A DNA stretch of 63,624 bases, counting the filler, from Calcarisporiella thermophila CBS 279.70 (lineage: Eukaryota; Fungi; Calcarisporiellomycota), in NCBI RefSeq assembly GCF_041956535.1. It is 5 parts of 5 records of this genome, joined end to end, with 100 filler letters (N's around TTAATTAATTAA, not from the genome) between each part and the next. Parts side by side here need not be neighbours in the genome. Positions count along the whole stretch, not along the records: positions 1 to 29,198 come from NW_027192212.1; 4 more parts are not named here. One strand, written 5' to 3'. Shown here one piece after another: positions 11,121 through 24,601 of this stretch. Under the pieces are notes generated by a model that saw nothing but the letters and a program-made list of their open reading frames with translations, was not told the origin of the DNA and made no database searches. The position numbers and the translations under genes are program-made. Positions within the stretch are counted from its first letter, which is position 1. Each line of letters starts with the position of its first letter.

Positions 11121-11456
11121 GGGGAGGGTTAGTGTAGTGGACTATCCCTGGTATGCCGACGAGAACGGCGTGGGTTCGAATCCCACTTCCCCCACCAGCA
11201 CTTACTCTTAGTTTGTGACTGCTATCCACTTGTTCAGAAATTGAGTCTTCATTATTGAAAAGATCGCTCCTACGATAAGTACAAAGATTACATCGGTTTC
11301 ACGTACAGGCTATTCACGACAACTACGATCCACGCAAATCGATTGAACGCCTATCTATCAAGGACCTATATCTCGTCATGTTAAGTCCATTGACATTAAC
11401 TTCATGTAATATATGGAAATTAAATAAAAAGTTTCCATTAATTGATCAAAAAAAAA
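11121..11456 (+). mobile_element. SINE-A, full length, nested at the 5' junction of a family B element
   Basis: TSD AAATCGAACCCC at 11109-11120 and 11457-11468. Confidence 0.92.
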
Positions 11457-11468
11457 AAATCGAACCCC

Positions 11469-11695
11469 CACCCCACTTCTCATGTTCTTCTTTGATATCC
11501 ACAGTTAGTTGAGTTTCACCATTCCCTTACCTATTTGAGCTGAAAGTCGATATGACCAACATATCATTTCGATCTACGATATCACCCAAAGCTTTAACTT
11601 TGGCTTCCCTTTCATTTTATTGCTTATAATAATGTAACAGTTGTATTTTAGAGTCTTCCTATACAATAAAGACTCGGCATTGATCAAAAAAAAAA
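11469..11695 (+). mobile_element. Family B retroelement 3' fragment
   Basis: TSD TTGCGACAAATCGAAC at 11102-11117 and 11696-11711. TTGATC-polyA tail. Confidence 0.88.
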
Positions 11696-11789
11696 TTGCG
11701 ACAAATCGAACAGTTTCGAAGCAGGTGGTGCAAATTGGGGGTGATTAAGGAAGGAGCAAATAGAACGGTTCTAGAACTGGATTGACACA

Positions 11790-12049
11790 GAAGCCCCTAC
11801 TTCCACTCCTTCTTTTCCTCCTCTTCCACTCTCCATCTCACTAATCAAGTCATTATCTGATATCCATAGCTAGTTGAGTTTTACTACTTGCCTACCTCTC
11901 TGAGCTGAAAATCGTTATTATCAACTTACCCCAACTACAGTACTTCCTCTATACTTAGCCTTCCTTTCGTTTTATTACTTTCAATGATGTAACTATTGTA
12001 CATTAGAGTCTTATTATACAATAAAGACTCACTATTGATAAAAAAAAAA
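11790..12049 (+). mobile_element. Older, diverged family B-related 3' fragment
   Basis: TGATATCCATAGCTAGTTGAGTTT and GAGTCTTATTATACAATAAAGACTC-ACTATTGAT-polyA parallel family B. Confidence 0.7.
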
Positions 12050-13602
12050 CCGATCTAATTTTTATTTTCCGTCACATTGGGCCATATGGCGTTGGCATCT
12101 TGCAGTATTTGGGAACTACACAAAGGCTTCCAATGTTTGCTCCAGAATAAAGCCGACCTGTTTTTCTTAAAAATGTGACTAGTATTCCTTTGATATTCAA
12201 TCATTCTACAAGCATGCTCTCCGCGTAGCAAATATACAGAATCCCACTGACCAAGATGAGAAGCCGATTCTGAAGCAGTTTAACACGAGCCCACCTAAAT
12301 CCTCCTTCAACCCAATAGCATTCAAGAATTCGGGTTTCAAATTCTATCTGATACCGTGGCATGGAGCATATGTTAGACCAGGATAGCAATCGCAATGGAC
12401 GACCTAAGGCATGGTTTGACACCTAGTGTAATTTTCTATCCGCTCTACTTCTGTCGATCCAAAGGCACCGACTGAAGGCCCAGAGAGGAAACGGCGAAGA
12501 AGGGCTCAAGGGTAAACTCCATGCTAATCCAGTACAACGAGAGTCCAAAGATAGTTTACGACTTTGTGGAAGTAAAGAACTTGGACCCTTTTAACTTTTA
12601 ATCATTGGCCCCTTGCACTTTGAATGTTCATAAACAAACGACCGGACACACGAACTCGCGCTCATAAAGGAGAAGGATTGCACTAGGTTTCATAGAAATA
12701 TATGCCTTGGGATGGTTACGGCCGCTTTCCCTTCGCAACCACTCTCCCCCTTACCGAGCTCAAGGGCAACGGGGGAGGGGGGGTCATGGCTCGGCCTGTT
12801 TTCTAGCAATGCCTTGACTCCCTCCTACTCGCGGACACCATTTCGGAGCAGGTGCAGAAGAAAAAGCCACCAAGGCCGCGAAGCCACTGTCGCGGTCAGC
12901 CTGGCTGTCTCACCCAGGAGCGTCCCTACGGCGCAGCCGGGTTGGCCGGTGGATATTCTACTCTCGCCCCCAATACGCAATGGCCGCAGCCCATTTGTTC
13001 CGCAGCGGGCGGGCGGCCGGCAATCCCTCCACAGAGAAGAGCCGTCAGGGAGAACGAATTGGAGAGGGCGGGCAGGGTCCAGATCTCTGCCGCGTCCGGG
13101 ATCGGCGCTTTCTAGAATCCCGCAAGCCGCAATGGCGATTGGAGAGCCGCGCGGCAGCGGATTCCCTTTTTTAACCTAAATTAAAAACACTGGAAGCAAG
13201 CAGCTTGCCCTTCTTTTTCCGGCGCGATGCAGGAGGCCCAGAGGGCTCCGGGGGGCGTGACTGCGGGTAGGGTGCGCGCAGGCGGTCGGTTGGAGCCAAA
13301 AAGTTTATCCTGATCGAGTCATATTGGCTGGGAAGCCTATGCAATGCACTCTGGGAAAACAATCGCTCATCCTCTTTGCTATCACCCCATCCCCTCGCCT
13401 CTCGCCCTCCCCGCCAAAAGCGCCCGGCTCCTTTTTTCTCTCTCCTCTCCCGCCCTGCACCTGCTCGCAGATACCCTCCGCGGAGCAATGATCGTGCGCG
13501 CCTTGCCTCTCTCCCCCTGAGCATCCCCTGTCGCCCTCGATCCCCAGCGCTTACTGAAACAATCCCTGCACCGGCGCTCCCAAGCAAGCCTCGACGCGTC
13601 TT

Positions 13603-16600
13603 ATGAGAGTCTTCCCCAATCCCTCGCTCCGCGGCACGGCCCCCTCCCTCTTGCTCCTCCTGCTTCTCCTGCTGCTGCATCCCATTTCCGCGCAAGACTC
13701 CATTGCATCCAAAAGCCCCGAGGCCCCCAACTTCATTAGCCAGCGCTCCTCCCTCGATGGCATCTCGCTCATCCGCAACACCTCCGATGGAGCCGTTTTT
13801 ATCTCGCCCACGAGCAATACCACGGGCTTAATAGAGCTGAGGATTGGCCTGCTGCTGCCCTACTCTACCAACCAAGATGCCTACATGACGGCCATTGTTC
13901 AGAGGTAATCAGAGCGATGGATATGGGCCCATGCGCACTTCTTTTCTTATGGCCTGTCTTGCTTTTTATTTTTGCTCAGCTGCACGTCTGCGGTGCGCAT
14001 GGCGGTCAACGAGATCAATTCCCAGCAGATCATCAAGGGCGCCTACGTGACTCTGGTGGAGAAGGACTCCTTCCCCATCGTCCCCGGAAAGAATGTGTCG
14101 GGGTCAGCAACCAGCATTTTTTCGGCGGTGGAGCTGCTGCAGCACGGAGTCGTAGGCATCATTGGGGATATAACAAGTTCGATCACCAAGGAAACCGCGC
14201 TGGTCAGCAGCCGAGTCGGCGTGCCGCAATGCTCGTTCGCCGCGTGGGCACGTAAGTCGGAGTGGTATGAGAGCTCGCGTCTGGAGACTGACTCGGAGAC
14301 CCTTCTTCTTTTTACACATTAGCGGAGCTCTCCAACAAGAAAGACTACGGATACTTCTTCCGCACAATCCCGTCAATGTACATGTATGCTGACGTCCTTC
14401 TGCACTTTATGGTCAGCCAGGGATGGCGCCGCTTCGCTATCCTCTACAATTCCGACGGTGACACCACCAGAAGTAAGCCATCCTTTGGGTACTCCTTGGT
14501 CACTCTTGCTATAGCTTTTCTTTTTTTTTTTCTTCTCTCTCTCTTCTTCTTTCTCTCTATCTTTTCTATGTCGCCTCGAACAGTGTTCGATCACGTGAGT
14601 AGTCATGCTAGGGAGCTCAATCTCGAACTAATTATGATGCAGCCCTTCGACGACGCAGTCATTGATCCTCTGAACATCTCGCTCAACCATCTCAAAAACA
14701 GCGGGGCGCGTGTCATCATCGTGGTCGCAAAGCCCTCCGTCCAGATTTTTGTACTGCGTCGGGCGCGGGCGCTAGGCCTCTTGAACCCCGAGTTCGTCTG
14801 GCTCTGCATGGGTGCTGCGTTTGACTTTTCCTCGCCAGACCCCAATAATCTGTATGATGGCGTGTTTGCGGTGTACAACAAGTACATTCTACCGGGATAT
14901 CCTCCATTCGAGGAATTCATTGGCAAATGGAATGCCCTGGATTCAAAAGAGTAACTGAATTCGTCACGCTACTCTTAAAGGCACACAAAAGTTAACCACG
15001 GCATTTTCGTTGGCTTTTTTTTTGACTAAAGGTATCTCTATGCTGGACGCAACCAGATCATAGCCAACGAGGGGCTGGCGTATTCATGCATGATGATGAT
15101 GGCTCTGGGGTTCAACAAAGCTGTGCAGAACTCTCCCAATCCGGATCGCACGCTTCGCCAAATCACCTCCTTGAGGCTGTCGGATGCCCTTACCCCCCCC
15201 GCCTTCAACACAGGATATGTGGGGCCAGGCGGGCCGATGGTGCTCAATAACGAGGGCGACCTCACGAACGGGTAAACATCGGTAGAAGTCTCCACATGTC
15301 CATGACTTTGCTAACGATGCCTTCTCTCCAGCAATTTCATCCTCTTCAACATGCAGAATGGCAGTTTGGTTAATATTGCCGAGTTTGGATTCGGCAAGCT
15401 TAAACTCACTGGAAGCCCCGTTTATACGGGTGGGTCGTCCATTCCCCCGTCGGACACGCCCTCGACGGTAGCCATCAACCCGACCTACGGATCGGTGGGA
15501 GGCATTTCGGTGCTGATAGTCACTGGCGCGGGAATGGCGTTTGTTCTCGCCACCATGGCGATCGTGATTATTTACCGAGAAATAGATGTATTCAAAGCGT
15601 CTAGGTAAGTGGGAGCCGAATGGGATATCATTGGCCCCATGCTGCGGAACGCGTCTTACCCCCCCTCTATCTTAGTCCCTTATTCTGTTGCTTAGAATTG
15701 GTGGGTTTTATGTTCGCCTATATCGGCGTGGTTTTATGGTTAAATGTACCAACAGCGACAATGTGTGCACTACGGCCTTTATTCTTATGTTTGGGTTTTG
15801 CACTCGTACTTGGCAATATTGTAGCAAAAAATTTTAGGTGAGAAAATGGGGAAAGGAGAAAGGGGGAAGGGGGGAGGAGGCAGGCCAACCGCCCCCCTCC
15901 CCTCCTATCCCTACGGCAGTCTTGACCCATTGCTGACCACGGTGCTTTACTTTAGAGTATATCGTATATTCGATAACGTATTCGTTTCCCGCACGGTGAT
16001 CCATGACTCGCAGCTCATCAAGGTCACTAGCGTTTTTCTCGGCATCGAGGCCCTCCTGCTCGTCCTCTACCTCTTTATCTCCCCTCCCCTCCCCGAGCTC
16101 ATCAATGTCGGCGAAGGGATCTTCTACTGGGATTGCAAGTCGTACGGCCCCGCCAGCTTTACCTTGTTCCTCCTCCTCTTCATTTACAATGCGGGGCTGA
16201 TCTTCTCCGCCACCTTTTTGGCTTTCAAGACCCGCAGAGTGTTGGGGAATTGGAACGAATGCAGGCAAATCTCCTTTTGCGTCTATAACATCCTGCTCGT
16301 AGTATGTATAGCGGTGCCGGCCGCGTTGTTGCCAACCGAGGAGCCGTACACAAAACACTATGTGCAGAATATTGCCGTGCTGTGGGGCACCACCATTAGC
16401 GCGCTGATCCTATTTTTGCCCAAGCTGTGGAAGTTTTTTAGGGGCGGCGCTGAGAACACACCCCCCGCCAACATCATCATCACCGCCGGGAGCTCTCCCG
16501 AGGAGCTCTACAGCGGAGACCTGGACCCCGTGGGCGGCAGTGGCGTGCTGAGCGGAGAGAACGGGGCTGCAAACGCGGATGGGATCCTCTGGAGGCGAAA

Positions 16601-17397
16601 GCAGAGTTTCGGTGCCAGCATATCGACGGTGGGGGTGTGCACCTGCGAAACCCTGGAAGGCCGTCTGCCCATCAAAGTACAGTATCGCTACTTCCCGTTT
16701 CTAGGGCGGTGGGAAATGGCACGAGTCGCCGTGTTTCCCGACGGGCAATATTTTTCCTATATACCAATCGATGTAGGTAGCTTTGGGTTGTCGCAAGTTG
16801 AATGGACACTGCGAAGATCACTAACTCCCCGCTCCCTCTTCTTCTTGTGTTGGTTGGCAACAGGAAACGGTTAGCACCGGGTCCATTTTCCGATATCGAT
16901 CCTGTAGTATCGTCAGCAATGGGCCACACTCCTACATCTTCCGCGTCCATGGTACCGGCTGGAAGGAGTTTCTTTTCCAGGTGAAGGATGCAGAGACCCT
17001 GGCTCAGTGGATGCGCTGGTTCGACAAGGGCGAGAACTTGTCGGGCTTCTCGTCTGGCCAGTCCCTTGTTCACGAGAGCCTAACTGGGTTGGCGGTGGAG
17101 TATGCGAATTATAATGCAGACCAAGAGGGGAGCAGCGGAAGTATACCGGGCACCGTGGCGGTCACCATTAGCGGGAGCGGAAGCGAAAGTGGGGGCGATG
17201 AAAAGGGGAATACCCAGGCAGAAAAGCGCGAGACCCCCAACCTCCCCCTTGCAAGGCACGGCCCTCCGCGAAGGGTAGTATTGAGGCGTGCTTCGTCCGG
17301 GTTGGAGAGAAGAAGTCCCCGCCCGGCTAACACGATGTTGCGGAGAGCTTCCGTGCAGACGGAAACGGGTCCTCGAAATCATTCGCCGCAGCAATAA
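13603..17397 (+). CDS. Class C GPCR-like receptor (Venus-flytrap ectodomain + 7TM_3) with a cytoplasmic PH-like segment, multi-exon
   Basis: Signal peptide; AVRMAVNEINS, GVVGIIGDITSS and GYFFRTIPS periplasmic-binding motifs; TM segments with VFKASSPLF, GNIVAKNFRVYRIFDN, FLAFKTR, WNECRQISFCVYN and LFLPK typical of GABA-B-like 7TM_3. Confidence 0.88.
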
Positions 17398-18013
17398 ATA
17401 GCAAATGTAATAATGATGGTGGTGGAGGAGGAGGAGGAGGAGGAGGAGGAGAATACGGAAGCGGTTGCGCCAGGCGTTCTTGGGAGGAGATGAATAGCGG
17501 AGCGTGGCGTCCGGTGAAATCATCATGTTTATAGTATTCCTGCACATCATCATCCTTAATGATATCAATCCTATTGATAGTATATAGCATACCAATGTTT
17601 TCCCTTTTGTCATTTATATCCTTGTGTTTTGCTTGTTGGGCTCTTCTTTTTTTCTCTCTTATTTTCTTTCTATTCCTCTACTCTACTTTCGTTTTGTTAT
17701 TCTGCTTTTGAATTTTCCACCCCTTTTCTCTGTTCATCGTTTCGAATGTTTGTATATATATCCGATCGTATTTAGTCAAAATCTAATAAAGTTCAAGCTT
17801 TATATCAGACCCCCACTTCTGCTTCTAAGGGAGAGAGCATCGAGAGGGAAAGACAATAAAATATAAAAAGGCAAATACAAGGTAGTTTGTGTAATAAACA
17901 TTCTGCTCTATAGGTTTATTCCGTCCTGTTCTAAATTAAAACCCCCAAAACACTTCTCCGCACGCAACCCTCCTCCTCTCACCCTCCTCTTTCCCCACGG
18001 GTTTCCCCTTTTG

Positions 18014-19597
18014 CTATTGCTTGCTCTTGGCATGCGCATCCAATGGGTAATGCTCCGGGTATTTCTTCACCAGCTTTAGGAGTTCTGCTTGCTGCTCGGC
18101 AATATGGGGCGGGAGCACGTCGTAGACGTCCTCGAAAAGCTCGGTGATGGCGGGCTTCTTTCGCTTTTCCGCCGCGCTGAACGCCTTCAGCACATCCTTT
18201 CTTGCCGCGGCACGAAGCTCCTTTTCCTTGTCAGCATCCCACCATCCTCGGGCCTCCAGCCATTTCCGCATCCGGGCAATCGGGTTGTCCAACCGCTGCC
18301 AATCCTCAACCTCCTTTTTCGAGCGGTAGGCCGAGGAGTCGTCCGACGTGGAGTGATGGCCAACACGATACGTCATTGCCTCAATTAAGACGGGCCGCTG
18401 GCCCTCGACAGCGATCTTGCGCGCAGCCTTGGTGGCGTTGTACACGGCCCATACATCGTTTCCATCCACACGGAGGGTGTCGATGCCGTACCCAATTCCG
18501 CGAGATGCAATCCCGTCCCCTTTGTATTGTTCCAAGGCGGGAGTGGAGATGGCAAACCCGTTGTTGCGGCAGAAGAAGATGACCGGGCACTTGAGTGTGG
18601 CTGCGATGTTGAGAGCAGCGTGAAAATCTCCCTCTGAGGCCGCGCCCTCGCCGAAGTAGCACATAACACAGTTCTGTTTTCCAGCGCGTTTGAGCGCATA
18701 TGCGGCCCCTGAAGCTTGGGGGATTTGAGTGGCCAGGGTGGATGAAATGGTTTGGAAGTGTAGTTGACGTGAGCCGTAGTGCACAGGCATTTGACGGCCC
18801 TTGCCTTTGTCGGCTTCGTTGCTGTAGCACTGGTTCATGAAGTCATCAAGGGTGAAGCCGCGGTACATGAGGACGCCTGCTTCGCGGTACTAATTAAAGA
18901 AAGGGAGGAGGAGGGGGGGGGGGAATATGACCCATATGTAAGCAAGCTGAAGAGTGAAGAGCACAGAAAAATCAAATTCCCACCTGTCCAAATATCTCAT
19001 CTTCAGGATCTAATGCTGCTGCACTTCCAATAATGGCCTCCTCTCCGTGGTTGGTCATGTAGAAGCTGATACGCCCCTGTCGCTGGGCCTCGTATAGAAT
19101 CAAGTCCATGTTGTTGAGCGTGACCATGTCCTTGTATATTTTCAGAGCGAATTCTTGCGTCACCTATCCAACATTAGAATCCATCAGCGGTTGAAAGTGG
19201 TCCATAGGAGAGTGTTGCGAATGATGAGGGCTTACTTTAGGTTCCTCTTCCTTGTTAGCTACCCGCCCATCAGAATCCATGACGCGATATGTCGAGATAG
19301 GGTTCATGTTGGAAATGAATTTCAGATCCTCGACAAAGTAAGATTCTGTTGCTCCAGGAAAGCGCACCTTTTCGCGTTTGCCATCCTTTACGAGCTCTTG
19401 GGCCAAAACTGGATGAGTGCTCAGTGACTAGGATGTAGGAGAAAGGGTCAGCGAACGGGTCAAAATGAAGGAGAACTTAGCAGGATAAAAATGAAAAAAA
19501 TAGCTACCCGACACACAGTGCGCGTGAGTGCGCCCAAGTTCTGGCGTGTAGTATGGCGTAATGCAGCAGATGCTGTGAGGACGGAGCGGCTTAACAT
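18014..19597 (-). CDS. BCKDHA: Branched-chain 2-oxoacid dehydrogenase E1 alpha subunit, mitochondrial
   Basis: [54 protein letters not shown]. Transit-peptide-like N-terminus [15 protein letters not shown]. Confidence 0.95.
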
Positions 19598-20713
19598 TTT
19601 GATGCTCTAAGGCGAGACGTATGTGGGAAATAGACCTCGAATTGAAAATAAAAGATTTTTGTGGGGCAACCGTGAGAATTTTTTCATAGAATTCGACGTC
19701 ACCTAAGTCCAATTCTACAGTAACCGTGTCCGAGGACTTCGCTCACACGTCGCGAGTATCGTGTATGGGGAGAATGTTCTCATACTAGAGATATTCCCTA
19801 GGTGTCTTTATTATAGAGCTCGAGCAACGCTAAAGAAGTTCATATAGCAAAGAGGAATATTCCTAATCAAATTATATTTGCCATTATTTTGAATCTGATG
19901 AAAATGGCGTGTAGATTCTTTCAATGCACTATCAATACATGCAATTTCTCCTACTGCTAGTTGATATGCTCGCATGTATCGCCAATACGTTCTTATGCAT
20001 ATAGCATTAGGGATTGCTTGTTAGTATAGTGTGGCTGCTTTTGTTCCCTGTTAGCTTGCACTATAGTTCATACTCCCATCAAGCATTGAGCATGGCTTTC
20101 AATTTTAGTTCGAATATGATTGTCAGATACGGCCATTACTATATGAGTCGGAAGCAATAGCTGACTCTGATGGGTTAGAAGAGGAGGACTGATGGGAAAA
20201 GAAATTGGAATTAGTTATGGGCCGGATACAACTTACAACTCCTTAAGTCATCACTTTCGCAGGTATATATGCTTTTAATTTAATAGAAAGATAGCTCAAT
20301 AGATAGGATTAAAGTATCTTCAATAATTATTATAATGAGGCGTGTAGCAGTACGATAGATAGACATGGTAAGAGCAATTGCTTCTAAAGACAAATGTAGC
20401 CTATCATCCCTTGGCACATCGAACAAATATTTGACGAGCTTTTTGCCAGCCGAGGATACTCTCGGACGAAGTAAGAGTAAACTCGTCACCTCATATATTT
20501 CTGCAAATAATTAGACATGACAATAAACGGCAGGTGTAATGAAATAAAAGAACATGGCACACAAAAACAATATATTCATATTCAACCCATTTCATGAAAT
20601 ATCTATTTTTCCCTATTAACCCGAGAGAGCCCACTCATCTGCAGTTCCTTGGTAATCTGACAAGTGAGAGGAAAAAAAATAAAACAAAATAAAATTGCTA
20701 TTGAAGAGTGCTT

Positions 20714-21442
20714 TCATTTTCCTCGTCTAAAGCTCTTTTTCTGTGTCCATGGCACATAGCGGTACTTGATCATATGCTGTATCTGCCGTCTCATCGTAAC
20801 CACGAAGAGGAGAATGAAATACACAATTAGAATGGGGGCATATACCGGGACATCGAAGAGGGGAATGAAGCTGCATACAAAAGCAGTAAAAATGGCTCGT
20901 GTAGACCAATACCTTAATAAGTGAAGGCAGAGTCAATTTAGGGGGCTAATGTTTTGCAAAACAGTATTCTCATTGACATGTCAAAATACGTACCAAAACT
21001 TAAATTCGGGTAATCTCCGGATAAATGGTCGCATCTCCTCATCTGCTCGTGTGGGCAAAGCAGGTCCCTCCTCCATCTCATCCATCTCTGCATCGAGTTC
21101 TAAAGCTGGATCGAATTTAGGACTCAGAAAGGCTAGCAACAGGTTGAGCAGATAGATTCCAAGCGCATAGGTGACAATGAACCATCCCTGCACTATAAAG
21201 ATCCGAAGAAGAAAGATGAGAAGAGAAACTCCGGTCACTGCCCACCGCTGAAGAGTGTATGGAGTAATGCGATCCATGTAGTATTGGAGACGCTGTAAAT
21301 ATATACCGGTACAATGGAATGGATCAGATTTAAAAAACTAGTCTCATGCTAATTCAAACACAATCCTCACCCGCTCGATGGCCGTCTTATGTGCGGTAAA
21401 TGTGTTCTCGGATTCATCTGAGCCAAAGTTTCCACCGTTCAT
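20714..21442 (-). CDS. RER1: ER retrieval receptor Rer1
   Basis: QGWFIVTYALGIYLLNLLLAFLSPKFDP, RPFIRRLPEFKFW, HMIKYRYVP. Three exons. Confidence 0.93.
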
Positions 21443-21655
21443 TACTGCTCTGAATTAGAGGATGTGCTTGGCAATTTTTTTGGAAACTAGAGAGTGTCTC
21501 AGGGAAAGCCATTGAGATTGAAAAAAAGCAGTCCTATTAGCTTGCTCGTGCTAAGCCTCCCTGGAATTTGGATTTTTTCTTGCCTTCCGAAAAATAATTG
21601 TCTCTCTCTTTCTCGAGGCATCCATCTACTTGCCAGTACTAAACAATCTAGTAAA

Positions 21656-22084
21656 ATGGTAAGCTTTTCATCAACACATCCATCCTGTATCTTTTGAAAA
21701 CCATCGCTTTTAGAGATGGATGGATACGTGAATATGCTCAGCGGGCTGTTCTGGTTCTGCTTGTCTCATTTGAATGACACTTCTCATTCTCAAAGTGTTC
21801 ATCATTTTCACAATTTTTAGCCCACCTTTTACATAATGTTTGTCTATACCCCCTATTAATACCTCTCTATCTTTTTATTTTCTCTCTTGCAGGAAGGTAT
21901 CAAGCTCGCCAAAGTTATCAAAATCCTCGGACGCACTGGCTCCCGCGGTGGTGTGACCCAGGTCCGCGTTGAGTTCATGGATGACACTACCCGTCAGATC
22001 ATCCGCAACGTCAAAGGCCCCGTTCGTGAGAACGACATTCTCTGTCTCCTTGAGTCTGAGCGTGAAGCTAGACGGTTGCGTTAA
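21656..22084 (+). CDS. RPS28: 40S ribosomal protein S28 (eS28)
   Basis: [24 protein letters not shown]...[15 protein letters not shown]-only first exon followed by an intron. Confidence 0.96.
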
Positions 22085-22516
22085 AGAGTCATTTTGATTT
22101 GTGTGTTGCATCCATCTATTTCTACTGATAGATGGTGCTAATTGCTCTTTTGTATGATCCTCAGTCTATAAAAACGCTTCGTTTATTCAATAATTTCTCT
22201 ATTACTCTCTGCCCTCAAATTTCTGGTTGACACATAAAATTTACATCCCTCGATCCTCTCCATTGTATATAAAAACTCGCACACAATAGGCAAGTCACAG
22301 CCAATTTTTCCCTTTTTATACTTGGTTGGAAAGCGAATCCCTACTGCTATTTCCTCGCCAAGGATGAAATCGAGGGAATACCATGCATTGGAGGTAGAAT
22401 ATTTACTCATTCTGTGCTGAAATTGATAACATACCTCTAAATTTCATTTCATTTTGTCATGATCTGCAATCACAAGATCACGTCGGTGTTCGAGAGGTGT
22501 CGAATTCCGCTGCTAA

Positions 22517-24601
22517 ATGGCAAGCCTTGGGTTAGTGTGCTGCATGGATGCTCTTGTATGATTCCAACGCAATTCTCATTCTTATGCATTTGACAGCGCA
22601 TGAATTTGTTGGCCTTTAGCGAGGTGGATCACACCAAAATGTTTATTGGTGAGTGGAGCAAATGAATATTTTATGAGTATTGAGTTGAACGTTGCATATA
22701 CATTCACAGCGATGGATAATCAAATCCTTATGTATCAATGGCGACCACCTCTGGAAGTACCTGGCGAACCGAAAAAGAAAGTAATAATCGGAGATGCTGC
22801 ATCCGACTTCTCAACCGATTCCAGCGTTAGTCTTCATTTCATCCCTTAATAACAGGAATGCACTCACTCATGTGCTCTTCTTCCCTCCTCGCGTAGCCGT
22901 ACACTATCAACGCAATTCGGATCGGGTGGCTAGGACGTGAGGAAGTGCTTGTCTCCGTGCACGAGAACGGCAATGCACGCGTGTGGTTCACGTCTGCTTT
23001 TGAACGCGCTCCCCTCCTATTCACCGTGGACGACTCGGCGTGGTCTGCAGCGACACATGGTCACCGCCGCTTGCTTGCCATCTCTGCCAACTCACATAAC
23101 ATTACCCTGTTTCGCTTACAGCACAATTCCTCTCCTAGTGAGCATCCACTGCTAGCAACAGGAGCTGAGCGAGTAGTTCTCCGTGGTCATACACATAATA
23201 TCCCCAATATCGACTTTAGCCCTTGTGGGCGGTATCTTGTGTCGTGTTCGATTGACGGTACGTGTCGTGTCTGGGATGTGGAGACGGCCCATACAATTGC
23301 CTGCCAGGACTTCGCCCAGATTGGCCGCTTGGTTCGCGATCAGCAGTGGGGCTGGTCGGCTCTTTTCATAGAAAAATCAGCTGTAAAACATGTGGCCAAT
23401 GCAAACTTGGGATTTGCAAACCCTTTTGTTTCGAGAGGTGAGCCGTTTCCAGGCTTTAATTCGGGGCGGGATTTGCGATGGCGGATCAGAAATTTCTTCA
23501 TGGGATTGGGAGTTGGAGCCTTGGCCGACGAAGTAAGTCCTGGGAATGGTAGTATCGAATCTGCGGATGGCACCGAACCCGAGATGGAGTCTGAAGAACA
23601 GGCATGGGGCGATGATATCAACTTAGCCGAAGGAGTATCCGGGCTAGTAACCTTCGAAACAGCATCTCTTTCGGATGTAGAGATGAGCCCATCATTCTAT
23701 GCATCAGGGGAGGACAATCTGGAAATTGATTTGAATGAAGATGAGGAGATAGCGGAAGGAGATGGAGAAATGGAGATGATCCATGGGATGGAAGGCGACG
23801 CTGAAGATAATGAGGTAGCTGAGGCGAACCATGGAGAAAGAGAAAGCGAAGAAGGATCCGGTACTGCACAGGAGATAGGATTGCCTGATGCGCATTCTAC
23901 TTCCAGCACATCCTCCGAATATCAGCAAGCAGAGCAGCATCCGCCGCAAACACAGGGGCAACAGCCAGCCCTGTCCGCACCTCTGCGTTCAACTACTGCA
24001 CATGCTTCAACCTCAATGGCACCCGCCTCTCTGGCCCACCTTTTACGGGCACCTCTCTCAGACTATGCCATCCTCTACACTACCAAGCTCGACCTCTTCC
24101 TTCTCAATGCGGAGGATCCCTCATTATCCACGCTTTACTGCGAGCGTGCCGCCGTTGCTCGCACCGACCAACGAAACATATACCTCATTCCATTTGATCG
24201 CCTCAACATGATTCAGTGGATCCCCGAACTCTCGCTTGTGGTTGCCGCAAGTCAAAAGGGCAGAGTAGGCCTGTTTAGAGTGGTCAGAATATGCACCGAG
24301 CAGGAGCGCGAGGATAGGTGGTTGATCCATCCAGAGATGCACCTGCCTGGAGAATCCCCGCCACATCCTCTTCTAGGTAATGTACAGCGATGATTTATTG
24401 TATCTGCTCTGAACCCGGCTTGACTCTTTGACTGGATCCCCGTGCTTTGCAGGAGTATTTGTCTCGAAGCCACCCGCGCATGATACGTCCCTTGCTCGCC
24501 ACTTCTTGCATCTGATCTACCTCGACGGCAGCATGTTCTGTTATGAGATCATGAGACGCGCAGAAACGAACCCAGCGCGCCTGGAGTGGGCAAGATGCTG
24601 A
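22517..24601 (+). CDS. WD40 protein, CRT10-like, multi-exon
   Basis: GHTHNIPNIDFS...SCSIDGTCRVWD, WGWS, FDRLNMIQWIPELSLVVAASQKGRV, with an acidic insert. Confidence 0.7.

Noticed and set aside
12712-13600. Several GC-rich overlapping ORFs upstream of the GPCR
   Set aside because: No motifs. They are consistent with a GC-rich promoter or 5' UTR with few stop codons.
17420-17452. (GGA)n tract and the antisense ORFs 17080..17613 and 17327..17590
   Set aside because: A simple microsatellite in the GPCR 3' UTR. The ORFs are low-complexity shadows.
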